64,000 bases of DNA from Octopus sinensis (lineage: Eukaryota), in NCBI RefSeq assembly GCF_006345805.1, contig NC_042998.1, positions 135,532,001-135,596,000 of the forward strand, in the 5' to 3' direction. The notes under the pieces were generated by a model that was not told the DNA's origin, made no database searches, and saw only the letters and a program-made list of their open reading frames with translations. Position 1 is the first letter of the stretch; every line of letters begins with the position of its first letter. This document shows positions 38,820 to 52,294 of this stretch, piece by piece. Both the position numbers and the translations under genes were made by a program.

Positions 38820-39330
38820 GTGACACGAGGGTCCCTGCTTAGTCCGCACCACTGGTTGACACGTGACGGGAATTATCTCGACTTATTTTCGCGCCAATCG
38901 CGAATCAACCAATCAAGACCTTCGGTTAAAATTCCATTTTCTGGAGTCCGGTGAGCCAACCAAATAGTATAAAAACCAGTTTTCACAGGCATTTTTGTCT
39001 TGAGTTCTAGTTCTTCTAAGAACTAACTTAGACCACCTACTGCTCAACTTAGAGATATGCGATGGTTTCTGCTTGCTGCTCAACTTAGAGATAGGCGATT
39101 GTTTCTGCTACTACCTGTGCTATACTGATACAAACAACATGAACTGTAAATCGAGTTCCGTGGTTAATCCTATGGTCAGTACCTTTTATGCCTCACAAAC
39201 ACACAGACACAAAAACATGCTAACACTTACAAACTTCCAACATCAGCATGATTGTAAAATATGTAAATAAATAATACTTATCTACCAACAGAAGACTTGT
39301 GTCAATTCACTTATGTCCTATTGTCGTTGT
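38820..39330 (+). mobile_element. LTR-like promoter block, possible second solo LTR
   Basis: CGCGCCAATC...AACCAAT arrangement shared with the 26.8-kb LTR, TATAAAA at about 38968, AATAAA at 39266, internal tandem duplication; no clear termini or TSD. Confidence 0.35.
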
Positions 39331-40689
39331 ATGTATTTTATGGCTTGTAATGATTTCGTTAAGAGTAGAGCCGCATGCGACCGTATTCCCGGCACGATAC
39401 GACCGCATGTGATCTAACTTCTTACAGACTGTTATAGATACAATACATTGAATTACAAAATGACAAGATTAGATCCCGTATTTCAAATTTTAGGGCAACG
39501 AATTGACAGACTGGGTAGAGCGTCGGATAAAATACTTCATCGTATTCGTTCTCGATTTTTACGCTCTGCGTTCGAACACACCGAGATCAACTTTGCCTTT
39601 CATCTTTTTCGGGGTCGATTAATAAAATACTGGAATTCCTCCTCTTCCTCCTCCTCCTGTAATTCAAAGGTCCAGTTTTGTAGTATAGTAAGTATTACGC
39701 TGATTAGGCTGAGAATTGAGTTAAGACTTATACATGTCTGAGAAATTGTCACCTGCTAATACGTTTATTTCACGAGTAAGAATTCCATTGATCGAACAAC
39801 TGAATTCCTGAACAGCTGAACAAAAGAATTCCATTGATCGAACAACGTCTTTGAAACCGGCGGAGAATCCATCATTCCAAAATTTAAATAAATTTCAATA
39901 AATAAGGAATTTATTGGATATGCTCACGTGTCGTGCTATGTAACTTAGAAACACTACTGTTTCGTGGAATTTAAAATACACATATATGACTCACAAAGTG
40001 TCTGTTTCTCTGCCTAGGGGACGGGGCTGTGAGACCGCCAATGTTCCTCTCGTAAAGCTGACAACTGACGGCTGAAGGAATACCATTCGCATGGGGGTGG
40101 GGCACTTCCAGAGCAAACATATAGAGAGTATTTTTGTCTTTAGAGTTGGAACTTCGACTAGGAAGAAGCTGTTTCTTGATTGCCTTGTGGTGTGTTCTGT
40201 AGGCTTCTTATGAGAATTTAAAATATCTTCTATTCATAGTGCGAGTATAAGACTAAAAAAGAGATTTATAGACACATTCTACCCACCTCTATTATTGCTG
40301 TACAACGTAGGGTAGGCTTTGCTGGCCACTGCCGCTATCATCCTGCAGACCACCAGGCCATATTAGATGCTATATTTTAGAGATTTCTTCGCTCTAATAG
40401 AAGATGAAAGCCACTCGTGTATATTGATGTTATTGGCAGAAACACAACATGAAACTGAAAACCTAACAAAGCTAATTGAGAACAGAGATACTTGGTGCAT
40501 CGCATTTAAGGAAGACGTTTTGGGAGGAAGAACTGGGTGTTATGGTTATTACGGGAAAAGTCCGACTGAAAGAAGAGCCACGTTTTGTATTTGGAATATT
40601 TCGAAATAAAAAAGGAAAAAATAAAAATTTTAAAGAATTAAAACAAATGTTTTAATTCCGATAATACTTTTTAAAATTGTAAGAAACAC

Positions 40690-41560
40690 TTTGTGCCAAC
40701 GTTTACCGGTGTTACTCCTGTAAAAACTATACTTGTAAGGATGCCGAAATTCTGTTTGCCAGGGGTGCCAACAAATCACAAAACCGGTTCAGGTGCAGGG
40801 CCTGGGGGTGGACACAATATGGGTTATGAGAGGAGGATAAAAGACCAGCTTCAAGGAAACAGACCACTGTTGTAGCGGTAGAAGGGGCAGAGAGAGGAAA
40901 TAGCATATTTGTAAGCCAGAGGCTAGAGTGTGTTGGTGAGTGACTTCAAACCAACCAGCAGTCTAGCCTTTGGGTGCAGCAGCACTGTTTCAGATGCGAA
41001 CAATACTCAATTATGAACCTTATAGAAGGTTAGAGTTGAAGTATTTTATGACACCGAAGAGGAAGGGGTCCAGTCTTTTTTATGATTAAGATGTGCGTTT
41101 GCAAAAAAGAAAAAAAGGAAAAAAAAACCGTCAATGACATTAAGGTTTAGCATTTGAAGAACTCGTGTTCTGTAGGTTCTCTAGGTAGCTGTGCAGTTCG
41201 TTCTTGTTTAGATGACGGTTGGGGGTGCAATAATGCTTTCTTGTTATGTACTGTGATTGTGTTTTTGTTTCGGAAGGAGACAAAATTAGCGTGGGCCCCA
41301 TTCGAGGACGTTTTCAAGATTTCTGTTCGTGAAGCCAGTGTGCATGTTGTTGATGTGTGGGTGCGGAAGGTTCGGGAGGAATGAGGGGATGATGTCATCT
41401 GCATGTAAAAGTAAGTTGTTAGAGGTAGTGTTAAGTTGATCGTTGACGATAGACAGAAGAGCGTGGCTGCAAAATGGAACCCAGAACGAACCAGAATTAA
41501 AAGAGTATGGACCAGAAAGAGCTGTAGCAGTACAAGGCTTTCAGAACTCCACAATCACCA
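40690..41560 (-). mobile_element. Degenerate CR1/Jockey-group LINE RT 3' fragment
   Basis: NDQLNTTSNNLLLHADD...LENVLEWG and AISSLCPFYRY motifs on the minus strand. Confidence 0.6.
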
Positions 41561-41579
41561 GTGTAGTAAATGCCTTTAA

Positions 41580-42960
41580 TAAAAGATTAGAGGCGTAGCC
41601 AGAAAACATCCTGCAAAGCAGCACTAAAATGAAACACAACTCAAATTACACATCGAAAATAACCAAGCTGATAAAAGCAAAGAAAAACTTCCAACTCAGT
41701 TCATCATTACCACACACATAACTGAAATAAAATTCGGGATAAAACAACTAAACAGGAAAGTGAGAAGAAAGTAGAAGAGAAGAAAATATACTATAGAGAA
41801 CTGGCAAAAGTTTGTATCCAACTCATGTTAGATGCAAACAGTAAAACACTGTTCAAAACAACCGCCATCGTCAGCAACAGACAGTGTAATCTATGTCATA
41901 ATAACAACCTCAGGCAACATAGTAATTTTGTAATCCTTATGCTCTTAAAAGATACTTTAACGAATATTAGCCGCCCCAAAAGCTAATCAAAAAACGTCGA
42001 GACCACAAAACATAAACTACCTACCCTTCGGGACCCTGATTTTTTTATCTCTTCTTTCTATGAAGCGCCTCTAAAAGCAATAGAGAAATGTAATAACTCA
42101 AATATTATTACCAGATAAAGTTACAATCATACACCTACCACATAAAAAACATAAAGGGTTCTCTCAGTGCTCACCGGAATTTATGACTACACTGAAATTT
42201 GTAGATACACATAGCAACATTACCAAATTCTTTATATCTGGAAGTTGGACAAATTAAAAAATTTCAAAGTTCAATTAGAACCCATTTGACATGACATGTA
42301 AACCCATCAGTTTCTTATACACACTCTTAAAAGTGTTAGAAAGGCAAATCATCGGCACCCCTAAACCACATATTCAAACTCCACTCCACAAAATCACAAC
42401 ACAGACTCTGACAATTACAGTTAAAACCCACACTGCTCATGAATCTAGCAGAAGTCACATGACGGTTTTAATAACCTTCCACATGAACCATTATAAGTGC
42501 ATTGATAACCGCAAAGATTTCGACTTCATTCTTCACTATTCGTTTCCACAAAATACTGAACAGCTCATTAAAAGAAAAATCAAAAACAAAAATACCACCA
42601 GCTAACAAACTACCAGCTATTTTGCCAAGATTATGCCGAAGACAAAGACGTTTCGCGAACCTGCAATTCCCAAATGGAACACACTACAAGGACCCGTGAC
42701 ATCATCCATTCTTTTCAATCGATACCTACTTGACCATTCTATACGTCCTCCAAACTTACACACAACTTAATACGCAAATGATACCACACTTAGTCCTACT
42801 ATGCTCCAAGCATAGTAGCACAACTACTCCAACCTAAAAACTTAGCTGTAAAACGATGGTTTTGAAGTAGCATCTACAAAATCTACACTCTTACTCTTCC
42901 TATCAGCAATACTAGAGAACATCAGATACAAACAATCACGGCACTCAATAATATAACCTA
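41580..42960 (+). mobile_element. Highly degenerate I/Nimb-group LINE ORF2 fragment
   Basis: KPISFLYTLLKVLERQI, IDNRKDFDFILH, QGPVTSSILFNRYL, YANDTT remnants; A/C-rich sense strand. Confidence 0.55.
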
Positions 42961-43641
42961 ATGATTATTATTATGAGCACAAAAGACAGCGTGCAAGCAG
43001 AGTCATTAGTAAAATTGGCGAAATCCTTGGCGGTATTTCATCCGTCTTCATGATCTGAGCTCAAACTACGCCGAAGTTAACTTTGCCTTTCATCCTTTCA
43101 GAGTCGATAAAATAAGTACCATTTGAGTGCTGGGGTTGATATTATCGACTTACCTCTTACCCCGAATTGCTGGTCTTGTACCAATATTTGAAACAGTTAT
43201 TATGAGCACAGACTCACAGACATATGGCTTTCTATAGTTACATTCAATATGGATTTTATCGTAGCAATTTATCATAGCCACGCATTTTACGCAGAATGTG
43301 CCATGTGTCACCTGTCATCTTCTATTTTTAAAGTATTAGGGTACTTTAGACATATGACGTCATCTAAAGACCCTACTGCGTGATATGAAGTGTTTTTCTT
43401 GCCGAATTTAACTGCGCTTTTCAAGCAGACAAGTAGTTTTTACCTATAAATAGAAGTGTTTATGCGAACTTAGCAGTCTCTGCCGATCTCTTATAAGGAA
43501 CTCTGTCGGTTCATAATCATACAAGAATTTGAAACATTCTTTATACGGTATTATATCTTCAAATTATCAGTAACAACTTTTTAACTCTCTAGTCGGATAC
43601 ATTTTTTTTATTGCAATTCACTAAAATACATCACTATATGT

Positions 43642-43691
<50 letters not shown>

Positions 43692-44295
43692 CACTCTCCC
43701 TCCTCTCTCCCCCATATCCCCCCTCTCTCTTCTGTCTATCTTCCCCTCCCTCACATACAAAATCGTGACATTTTTTTTTGTTTATCCTGACATTCACATT
43801 CTCTCTTGCTGGAAAATGTGTACGTTTTATTACAATTAAGCGTTTCGACTGAATTTTGTATAAACTTAGTTCCCCACTAAACATTTAATTATCTAAATCA
43901 AATTGCTATTTTATTGAAAAGATTCGTCTTTATTGTTCTGTATCCTTATGTTATCCAGTTTATTTTATCTGAAGTTATTTATACGAGTTACGACACGAAA
44001 CACACTCTTTGTATCGGATCTGCCTTGTGTTGCCAGTCGCCATTTTGATTTTTTACTTATTACAGCCATAGTCAATACAATTATTCCTAAGTATAACAAT
44101 AACTTTTTACCCATAACACACAAATTAAATAAAAAACACTTTTCTTCTTCAACTTTCTGTTTTTTCAACAACTACCAGCAAATATGAGAGGATACTAGAA
44201 TCAACATAATTTGGTTGACGCTGGATTAAACAGTAAATGTTTTTACTGGTATGTCTGTAGAAAGTAGCGTTAAAAATATTTAGGCAATCTTTATA

Positions 44296-44605
44296 CAGGG
44301 TGGGGCATAAAGATCTCCCACATTTGGAAGAGGCACCGTGTAGACTTAAGTGGAAGAAGCGGGACAGGTTTCATTAGGAAGGCTAAGAGCTACCAGTTTC
44401 GTATTCCTTATTAATTACTCAAAAACTGCTTTCTTTTTTTAGGTTCTACCACTTTCATATTCATCATTCATTACTCAAAGAATTTCTTTCTTTTTTAGAA
44501 CCCGTCATGAATTGGACCGATGAACATCGTGCCTTTGTTCAAGCGTATTATGAAAATGACCGATGTGTAATAGCGACGCAGCGAGCATTCCGTAGACACT
44601 TTGCA
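44296..44605 (+). mobile_element. 5' end of an IS630-Tc1-mariner transposon
   Basis: TA-CAGGGTGG TIR start and N-terminal HTH-like MNWTDEHRAFVQAYYENDRCVIATQRAFRRHF. Confidence 0.7.
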
Positions 44606-45190
44606 CTCTTTCAAGCAACGTCTCTCCAACCACAGATCCTCCTTCAGAGTTCCGAAAAGGAGATACGTAACATCACTGGCCAGACATGTCTGACTACTAA
44701 GAGACAATGGGATTCCATACTCGATCTCATGGCAATTCCTCGAAAACCCAGACCCCTATATCAACGGGACAAAGCGTTGCAAGTTACGCATAGCTGAACG
44801 GGCGAGAATCCTAAAGGACTCACTCAAACCAGAAAACATCCTTAACTCTAGAACGGAGATTTCCGAGCCAGGTTTACACCTCAGGAGGTTCCTGCTAACC
44901 TTTTGAAACCTAGATGATGGCGGCACAGCCGAAAGTCGATAGCCAATATCAAAGGGAGATAATCCTCAATTATTACCTTTGAGTAGCGACGCATTTCCTC
45001 CTCCATATTTTAAAGAGGTCTTGGGCCAACAGGTTTTGGGATCTGACGATACGCCGTAAAGCTAAACCCTTAATGGACGGGAAACCTAAGGTAATCCCAT
45101 AAACCGGCCTCCCCTATTTTTAATATATACTACTCTACATCTTAGAGTGTGCTTCTTCTTTCGGATTTATGCTTATATGGGTATCACCAA
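44606..45190 (+). mobile_element. Penelope-like 3' fragment (GIY-YIG C-terminus plus ribozyme-bearing tail)
   Basis: RLSNHRSSFRVPKRRYVTSLARHV...CKLRIAERARIL...LNSRTEI; the tail matches the reverse complement of 9570-9735. Confidence 0.75.
45034..45103 (+). ncRNA. Hammerhead-like motif downstream of a GIY-YIG relic
   Basis: uuuugggau-CUGACGA-u...ggacgg-GAAA-CCuaaGG-UA-aucccauaaa, on the same strand as the adjacent Penelope endonuclease fragment. Confidence 0.55.
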
Positions 45191-46572
45191 CAGTATACAA
45201 CATGAAATGCTAAAACAAACGAATTCAATACGCAAAACAACGAGAGAAACAAATGGAAATCAGGACAAATAACACAAAGAACAACCCTTCATCAGTTGTC
45301 GGCTGGCTATCTACTCCTCATTTCGAGCATTGAACGACAATATGAGTTTTCGAAGACAGTTGCTCCCATAAGTACTAAAATAAAATTTTGGATTTATGGA
45401 AGGCCAAAGTTGGGAACAAAAACAGGACAGTGGAGACATACAAGGAAACCGAACGAAAACAAACATGGAGGGTCGTTAGACCAGAACGAGGGTAAAATAG
45501 CGAACGCTGGAGAAAAGATAGAAGAGAGAGATAGAATACGTCCAGTCCTTTGGACAGTCCTGAAGGAAAAGAAAGATGATCACATGAGGAAAAGAAAGAT
45601 GGACGATGGTCACGTGTGAGCAATGAGAGAGAGAAAAAGAGAAAGAAGGAAAGAGAAAGAGAAAGAAGGAGAGAGAGAGAGAGATAGAAAACGGTGAAGG
45701 GGAGAAAAGGGGAATTAGAGAAACGGATGGGGGAGCAAACAGTGAAGAGTAGAGTCGCATCAAAAAAATTAAGATAAACTTACTTGGAAATGGATGCGTG
45801 GCGTTCAGTCAAGAACATTACTAGAGTAGCTTTTGATTTGTATTTTAACTTTGTTTCAGAGTGAAGTGTATTTGTTGATGTGCTACGCCGAAACACATCA
45901 GCAAAAACATTGTATTGATTAGCCACAATGATGACGAAATATCGATATCTACCATTGCCGGTGATTCTGAGACGAGTTGTTTTGCCTAATCTGTGACATT
46001 CAGGTGTTCTTTAACACTCAGCGTCGCGTACGGTGCCTCCAACGTAAGCTATCCCGCAGCGAATTTGACGTATAAACTAAACACATATACTATGTATGTG
46101 CGACCGATGTTTCTCTCTCTCACACACACGCGTATACACACGCACATACATACACACACACACACGCACACACACACACAGACACACGCACGCCACGCAC
46201 GCCACACACGCACGCAAGCACACACATACACACACACATACATGCAAGCCACACATATAGACGTGTGTGTGTGTGTGTGTACAGCATGTCTAGATTTTAT
46301 GACGCTCATCTCTTGTGAGAAACCGATTGCTGTAACATTTGACTGTGTTGTAAGAAGAAAATTCACGACAAATATCCCAACTCTGTACCCTTAAATTCTT
46401 TTCCTATAGTGGATTGGTACGACATTTGGTTAACAAGGACATTTGGTTAACAACTAATGAGGTGCAGAGCATGTTTGCGTTCCTTTGTGTGTGTGACTGC
46501 ATGTGTGCGTGTGCTTCGTTTTACTCATAATTTTCTGTATCGCCTTCATGTACTATTCACACACACACACGC

Positions 46573-46622
<50 letters not shown>

Positions 46623-46647
46623 CTCACACGCATATACATACATACAT

Positions 46648-46713
<66 letters not shown>

Positions 46714-47003
46714 TAACCATTGGTCATTCTAAAACCGGACTGCAACTCTTAAACTAGTCTCTGGATGCTGGCTTTGCTGGGTGGAGATGCTTATCTCCCC
46801 TGTTTAAAAATTTAAAGACACAGAACGCTTGTGTCACATAGCCAACTGGAAACAATGTTTCCTAGGGCTAAATAGCAGTAGCATTCTTCCCTTTCTCGGG
46901 ACTGCCACATTAAGTTGGCAACAAATCATCACTTTATCGTGCCGCTTCTGTATAAGTCTCTCTGGAAGATTTAGAAATGCAATATCTCTCTGTGTGTGTG
47001 TGT

Positions 47004-47064
<61 letters not shown>

Positions 47065-47067
47065 GTG

Positions 47068-47098
<31 letters not shown>

Positions 47099-48034
47099 TA
47101 TGTGTGTGTGTATGTGTGTGTGTGTAGCGGCAGAAATTGGATTGGTAAACAATATGATGAAATGTTGATAGTTAGCATTTGTAACGATAAAAAATTTGTT
47201 ATTATAATTGCATGTTGTAGAATGTGGAAGATGAACAATGCATGAAGTTTTAAGAAAGTATTTATTTACCGTTACGTTGCGAATACCTTGCCTCGACGGG
47301 CAGGTTTTGATACATCCAAAAGCATGCGAAGTAATGTTTGAGTTTGTATCCTCTTCATTGTTTAGTAGTAGTAATTACAGAGAGAGATAGAATGATGTTG
47401 TAAGAGAACAGAATTAGAGCTAGAGAGAATGGTAGGGTGTCGTCTCACAGTTGCTGACAGTAATTTTCATTTCTCTCGCTGACCATTATATTTAATAGAG
47501 GTATTCCTTATGATCATGATTCTAGCAGTCCGTTCCCTAACTAATTGAGTCATCACGATGTGACTGAACTTGTTGAGTCGTCACCGACTGGTGACTAACT
47601 GATTTTTGCTTGGGGTATGCTTGCTTATATAACTATCCAGAAGGATAGATATATCATTGAGAACAATAGATTTAGTTGGTGGTCTTGTTATCTCTATTCT
47701 AGCTTTTGGTTAAGTAGAAGAGGTTAGAAAGGGTCAAGTAGTGAAGACATTATTTTGGCCTAGCTAAAGGCATCTGGAAGATGTAAAACTGCCGTCAGAG
47801 AAAAACCATTGTTCCATCGTGGGAAAAATTCTGTTGCAGTGTTAATTTAAATTTGGCTATGGTGGATCGAATCCACTTCATGCATGCAAGATCCGCTACA
47901 CACACGCATACACACACACACACACACACACATACACACACATATATGTATGTATGTATGCATAAAGCACGATTTATTCGTGATCAGGGTCGTTCAAAAA
48001 CCGAGGTACTACTCTGTGTGTGTGTGTCTAAGTG

Positions 48035-48097
<63 letters not shown>

Positions 48098-48098
48098 G

Positions 48099-48166
<68 letters not shown>

Positions 48167-48238
48167 TTTACTTACGAAAGTGTCACTTAAAACATTTGTT
48201 AGGCGATATATATATTATTTGATAACTGTTTGACTTGA

Positions 48239-48300
48239 CTCCATGCTACTTAAAGTTTCGTAGGCTCGTCAAACGAACCTATCTCGTCAGACTTATAGAG
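48239..48300 (-). ncRNA. Stand-alone type I hammerhead ribozyme with intact core
   Basis: cucuau(aa)gu-CUGACGA-G(a)UAGGUUCGU-uug-ACGAGCCUA-C-GAAA-CuuuaaG-UA-gcauggag. Confidence 0.7.
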
Positions 48301-48474
48301 ACCGAATGGGACAAGTCCAGAATGGCTTCTGGATGTTGGGTGACAATTGGTCAACGCAAGTAACATGTTGTTATCAATAAGTAAGGACTCTCTGTCGGAG
48401 TACAAGAGAGATACACAGATATATACGGATAGATCGGTCAATCAATTGGTCGTTAGACAGACAGATATATATAT

Positions 48475-48538
<64 letters not shown>

Positions 48539-50284
48539 GGACTGACAGGCAGGAAAGTGAGGATGCGAGGCCTAGCGATTTGTGTGTTGTCTTCATGATC
48601 ATAAGATTGTGTTTTCGATCCCTAGATCGTGCGGTGTATTGTGTCTTTGAACAAGGTACTTCATTTCACGTTGCTCCAGTCTACTCAACTGAATAATGAA
48701 TACCAGACTATTGCTGGGGAAACTCTTAAAAGGGCCGGTACATGTTATCACGTCATATTTGTATGTGAGTAACGGCTATAGTTTGTTCTACACGTGTGTG
48801 GCTGTATGTATGTATGTATGTATGTATGTATGTATGTATGTATGTAGATAGATAGATACATACATACATACATACATACATATTTAGCATACATACATAC
48901 ATACATACATACATACATACATACATACATACATACATACATACATACATACATACATACATACATACATACATACATACATACATACATACATGGTGGC
49001 TGCCCCCTCGTTATCGAGTATGGCCATTGCACGAAGCTTAATCAATGTTGTTATCGTGCAATGCCTGTGCAAGAAGATTTTTTTAAAGTGAGGAAAGGCT
49101 GTGCACTGAGTCAATCCCACTCACTAAGCAACAGCAGCCATAATCCGAAAAGAAGAACAAGTCAACATCATCGGTAACCACTGAGCCGCAGGTTTTATGT
49201 CGGAGTTATCCCAGTTTCCTGAGTTACCTTCTCCTAGAAGGGATTAACCGCGCGATCGGGTATTCAGTCCGATTATTTCTATGTCCCCGCACATGATACA
49301 GTCTTAAGACATTTATTGGATGGCCGTTGACTCTCAAGAGTTCCTCCCCCCCTTTGACTGGTTTTGTTTTTCATCCCGCAGGGTGTCCAATAAACACCCT
49401 CCTCACCAAGCAAGCTTGGTGGGGTTGCCGGTTTAGTCGCCAACGACCCGACCATGCAACAGGTTGTACTGGGTTACATGTTACCAGTAGCACTCGAAAG
49501 TGACCTGACATAACATACATACATACATACATACATACATACATACATACATACATACATACATACATACATACATACATACATACATACATACGTACGT
49601 GCGTACATATGTACATACATACATACGTACGTACGTACGTACGTAGACTCACTGGGTGTATGCTCGACTACAAATTTGACTAAACTCTTGTGTTGTATTA
49701 ATATCAAATTTAGATGTTAGTAGTAACAAATAGAACTTGGAAAATTACTTCTGATTAAAAAAATATAATAATAATTCGAAATAGTTTCTAAAAGAAGAAA
49801 AAACAAGTAGAAAAATTAGTTATTTTAAAGAAAACATTAATATTCTATCGTTACTTGTAGTTTTAGTTTTATTTCATATTTTATTTATTCATTTATTATT
49901 ATTTGCATATGAAACATTACCAAAATGTTTTCTTTACAGAAATTCTTCAACACATGCTACACCGTCAAAGAATTTCTTTTTTCAGCAGACGATACTTTGA
50001 TTTAAAATTTTTTTTATTTGCTTTAACTATGATTATTAAATATTTCTCACATGACACAGCTTCTTTGTCTGTGAACTTCTAAATGCAACATTTCACCGGC
50101 GTATCAATTAAGAAATCGATGTTAATCATTCAAACAGATATTTATTCATTTATTTTTGCGTAACATCATTCCATAGTGTAGTATTGTACATTGGAAGTGT
50201 ACATGTATACAGGAAGTGGTGTTTACTGAATATTACAACAAGGTGAACTTAGATATTGTTCCATTAAATAAATGCCTTACGTCG

Positions 50285-50770
50285 AAATAGTAAACCGCCA
50301 AAATAGTTAAATATCTAAACACCTAACTGTAAACAGATAACAGTCTCAATAGTTAAGTACCTAAATAGTCACGGCTAATTGACTAAAGAGATAAAAGGTT
50401 AAATAGTCAACTGTCTAAATAGCTAAGTATCTATATAGTCAACAGGTTAAATAGCCAACTGATTAAATAGCCAATTACTTAAATAACAACTACCCTATTG
50501 GCTAAATATTCAATGCCTAAATAGCCAACAACTTAATAGACAGGTGTCTAAATGTATTAGCGAAAGAACGCTGTTCTTAATAGTTAAAAGCATAAACAGA
50601 GAAGTGACTAAAATAATCCACTGGCTAAATAGTTAAACTGCCTAAATGGTAAACTGCCCAAATAGCTAAGTGACTAAAACGCTTGCCAACTGATTAGTCA
50701 ACTGGATAAACCATTAGCTAAATATTTAATGGTGCCTAAATAGCCAACAGCCTGAGTAGAGTAAATAACA
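50285..50770. repeat. Degenerate 16-bp minisatellite (TAAATAGYCAACTGNY)
   Basis: Consecutive units start at 50400, 50416, 50432, 50448, 50464 and 50480. Confidence 0.8.
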
Positions 50771-51595
50771 ATCTTAAAAGACGAAAGTCTAAATTAATGT
50801 TTCCCAATCAGGGTTCCGCGAGTGGTGGTCAGAGTTCTGCAAGAAATAATGATAATTAGTTTGATTATGTTCGTCTGAGTCATTTGTGTGTGTGAGAGAG
50901 AGAGAAAGAGAGAAAGAAGAGAGGGGAGAGAGAAAAGAGAAATGAGAGAGAGAGAGTTTGCGCGCGCGTGTGTTAAATTTTATTTTGAAGTCAACCTTAA
51001 ATTAGAGACTAAAGAAGATCTGTGCCGGCATCTTCTCTTGTTCTTTCGTCTGCCCTCAAAACATTAAACTTCTCCACTAATTGTATCTACATATAAATAC
51101 AAATCAAACAACCATATCCTCATTAGTTCTGTCTGTACTTCTTGGCATGCAATTAGTTACAAACCCCATTCGCCTACGTTATTTCCTGTTTATTATTATT
51201 ATTATTTTTTAAAACTCATCATCGGAGAATGTTGTATAAATTTAAAAATTTTTAGTATATCTACGTTTTTCTTTTTTGTTGTTAGTTTATGAAATGTTTG
51301 TGTTAATGTACATTTTCATTATTGTAAGAAGAGTTTTTTTTTTCTTTCGTTTCTCCTTTTCTCCTTTTTTTTACATATCTCATCTTTAAGGTTAATTCTT
51401 CTGTTTGCCTTTTATTTGCTTCAGTTTCATTGGTTTGTTATTTATTTTCTATTTTATTCCGATGTAATGATTTTTTTTTTTGAAGAGGACACATTCATAA
51501 AATTCTAATGAGGCTAGTGAAAAAGAATCGCGATCTTGATAAGCATTTCAGCACTAATGCGAAAATGGACACAAAAAGGATGTAGTTATGAATGT

Positions 51596-51850
51596 GGAGG
51601 TGCGTGACTTAGTGGTTAGGATGTCAGCATCATGATCGTAAGATTGTGGTTTCGATTCCTGGACCGGGCGACGCGCTGTGTTCTTGAGCAAAACACTTCA
51701 TTTCACGTTGCTCCAGTCCACTCAGCAGGCAAAAATGAGTAACGCTGCGATGGACTAGCGTCCCGTCCAGCTGGGGAACACATACGCCATTGAAACCAGG
51801 AAACCGGGCCCATGAGCCTGGTTAGGCTTTAAAAGGGCGCATTTATTTAT
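51596..51850 (+). mobile_element. SINE family C (tRNA-derived head)
   Basis: A-box-like TGACTTAGTGG, B-box-like GTTTCGATTCC, CORE-like tgtgttcttgagcaaaacact; older copy at about 48555-48745. Confidence 0.75.
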
Positions 51851-52122
51851 TTTTGGTAGTTATGAATAGGGCCAGTGATCCAAGTTTCCATGGTGCTTTG
51901 TCTGTAACAAACAACATTGAAATGAATTCAGCAATTTTGAAAAGGTACTTCATGACAAATCACAATTATATGAAAAATAAAAGTACTGACATACCAGTAT
52001 ATATAGCATTTATAATGTTTATACAAGCGTGGACGGGCCTAGTTGTAATGTTTAATCTCAGAGAAACTTTTCAAAGAGAGTTGTGAGTTAAAACATAGGG
52101 CTTTGTTCAAAACGCCGATGGA

Positions 52123-52168
52123 TCGCCAGACACAGTGTTTCGATCTGAGTTGGTCTCCTCAGTGATGA
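52123..52168 (-). ncRNA. Type I hammerhead ribozyme, tandem unit 1
   Basis: ucauca-CUGAGGA-GACCaacucaGAUC-GAAA-CACugu-GUC-uggcga. Confidence 0.7.
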
Positions 52169-52294
52169 ATATTTCAGACGTGCTGAGTTTAGTTGAACAT
52201 GCTTGTTCCGACATAGAAATAGGTAAACAAAACATTTACTGATTCGTGCGAAAGCAAACCAGATGAGAATTAGATTTTTTTACGGACATGAAAC

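Noticed and set aside
40690-42960. Twin-priming 5' inversion of a single LINE
   Set aside because: The two opposed fragments each contain the same RT region and differ in family motifs, so they are independent insertions.
48993-49080. Possible HDV-like ribozyme at the start of the TACA-flanked insert
   Set aside because: A P1-like pairing exists, but L3, P1.1 and J4/2 consensus elements are missing.
50285-50770. CRISPR-like array
   Set aside because: Contiguous degenerate 16-mers without unique spacers, eukaryotic context, no cas genes.
51596-51670. tRNA gene
   Set aside because: A/B-box head continues into a SINE body and no cloverleaf could be folded; no true tRNA or rRNA gene was seen in the window.
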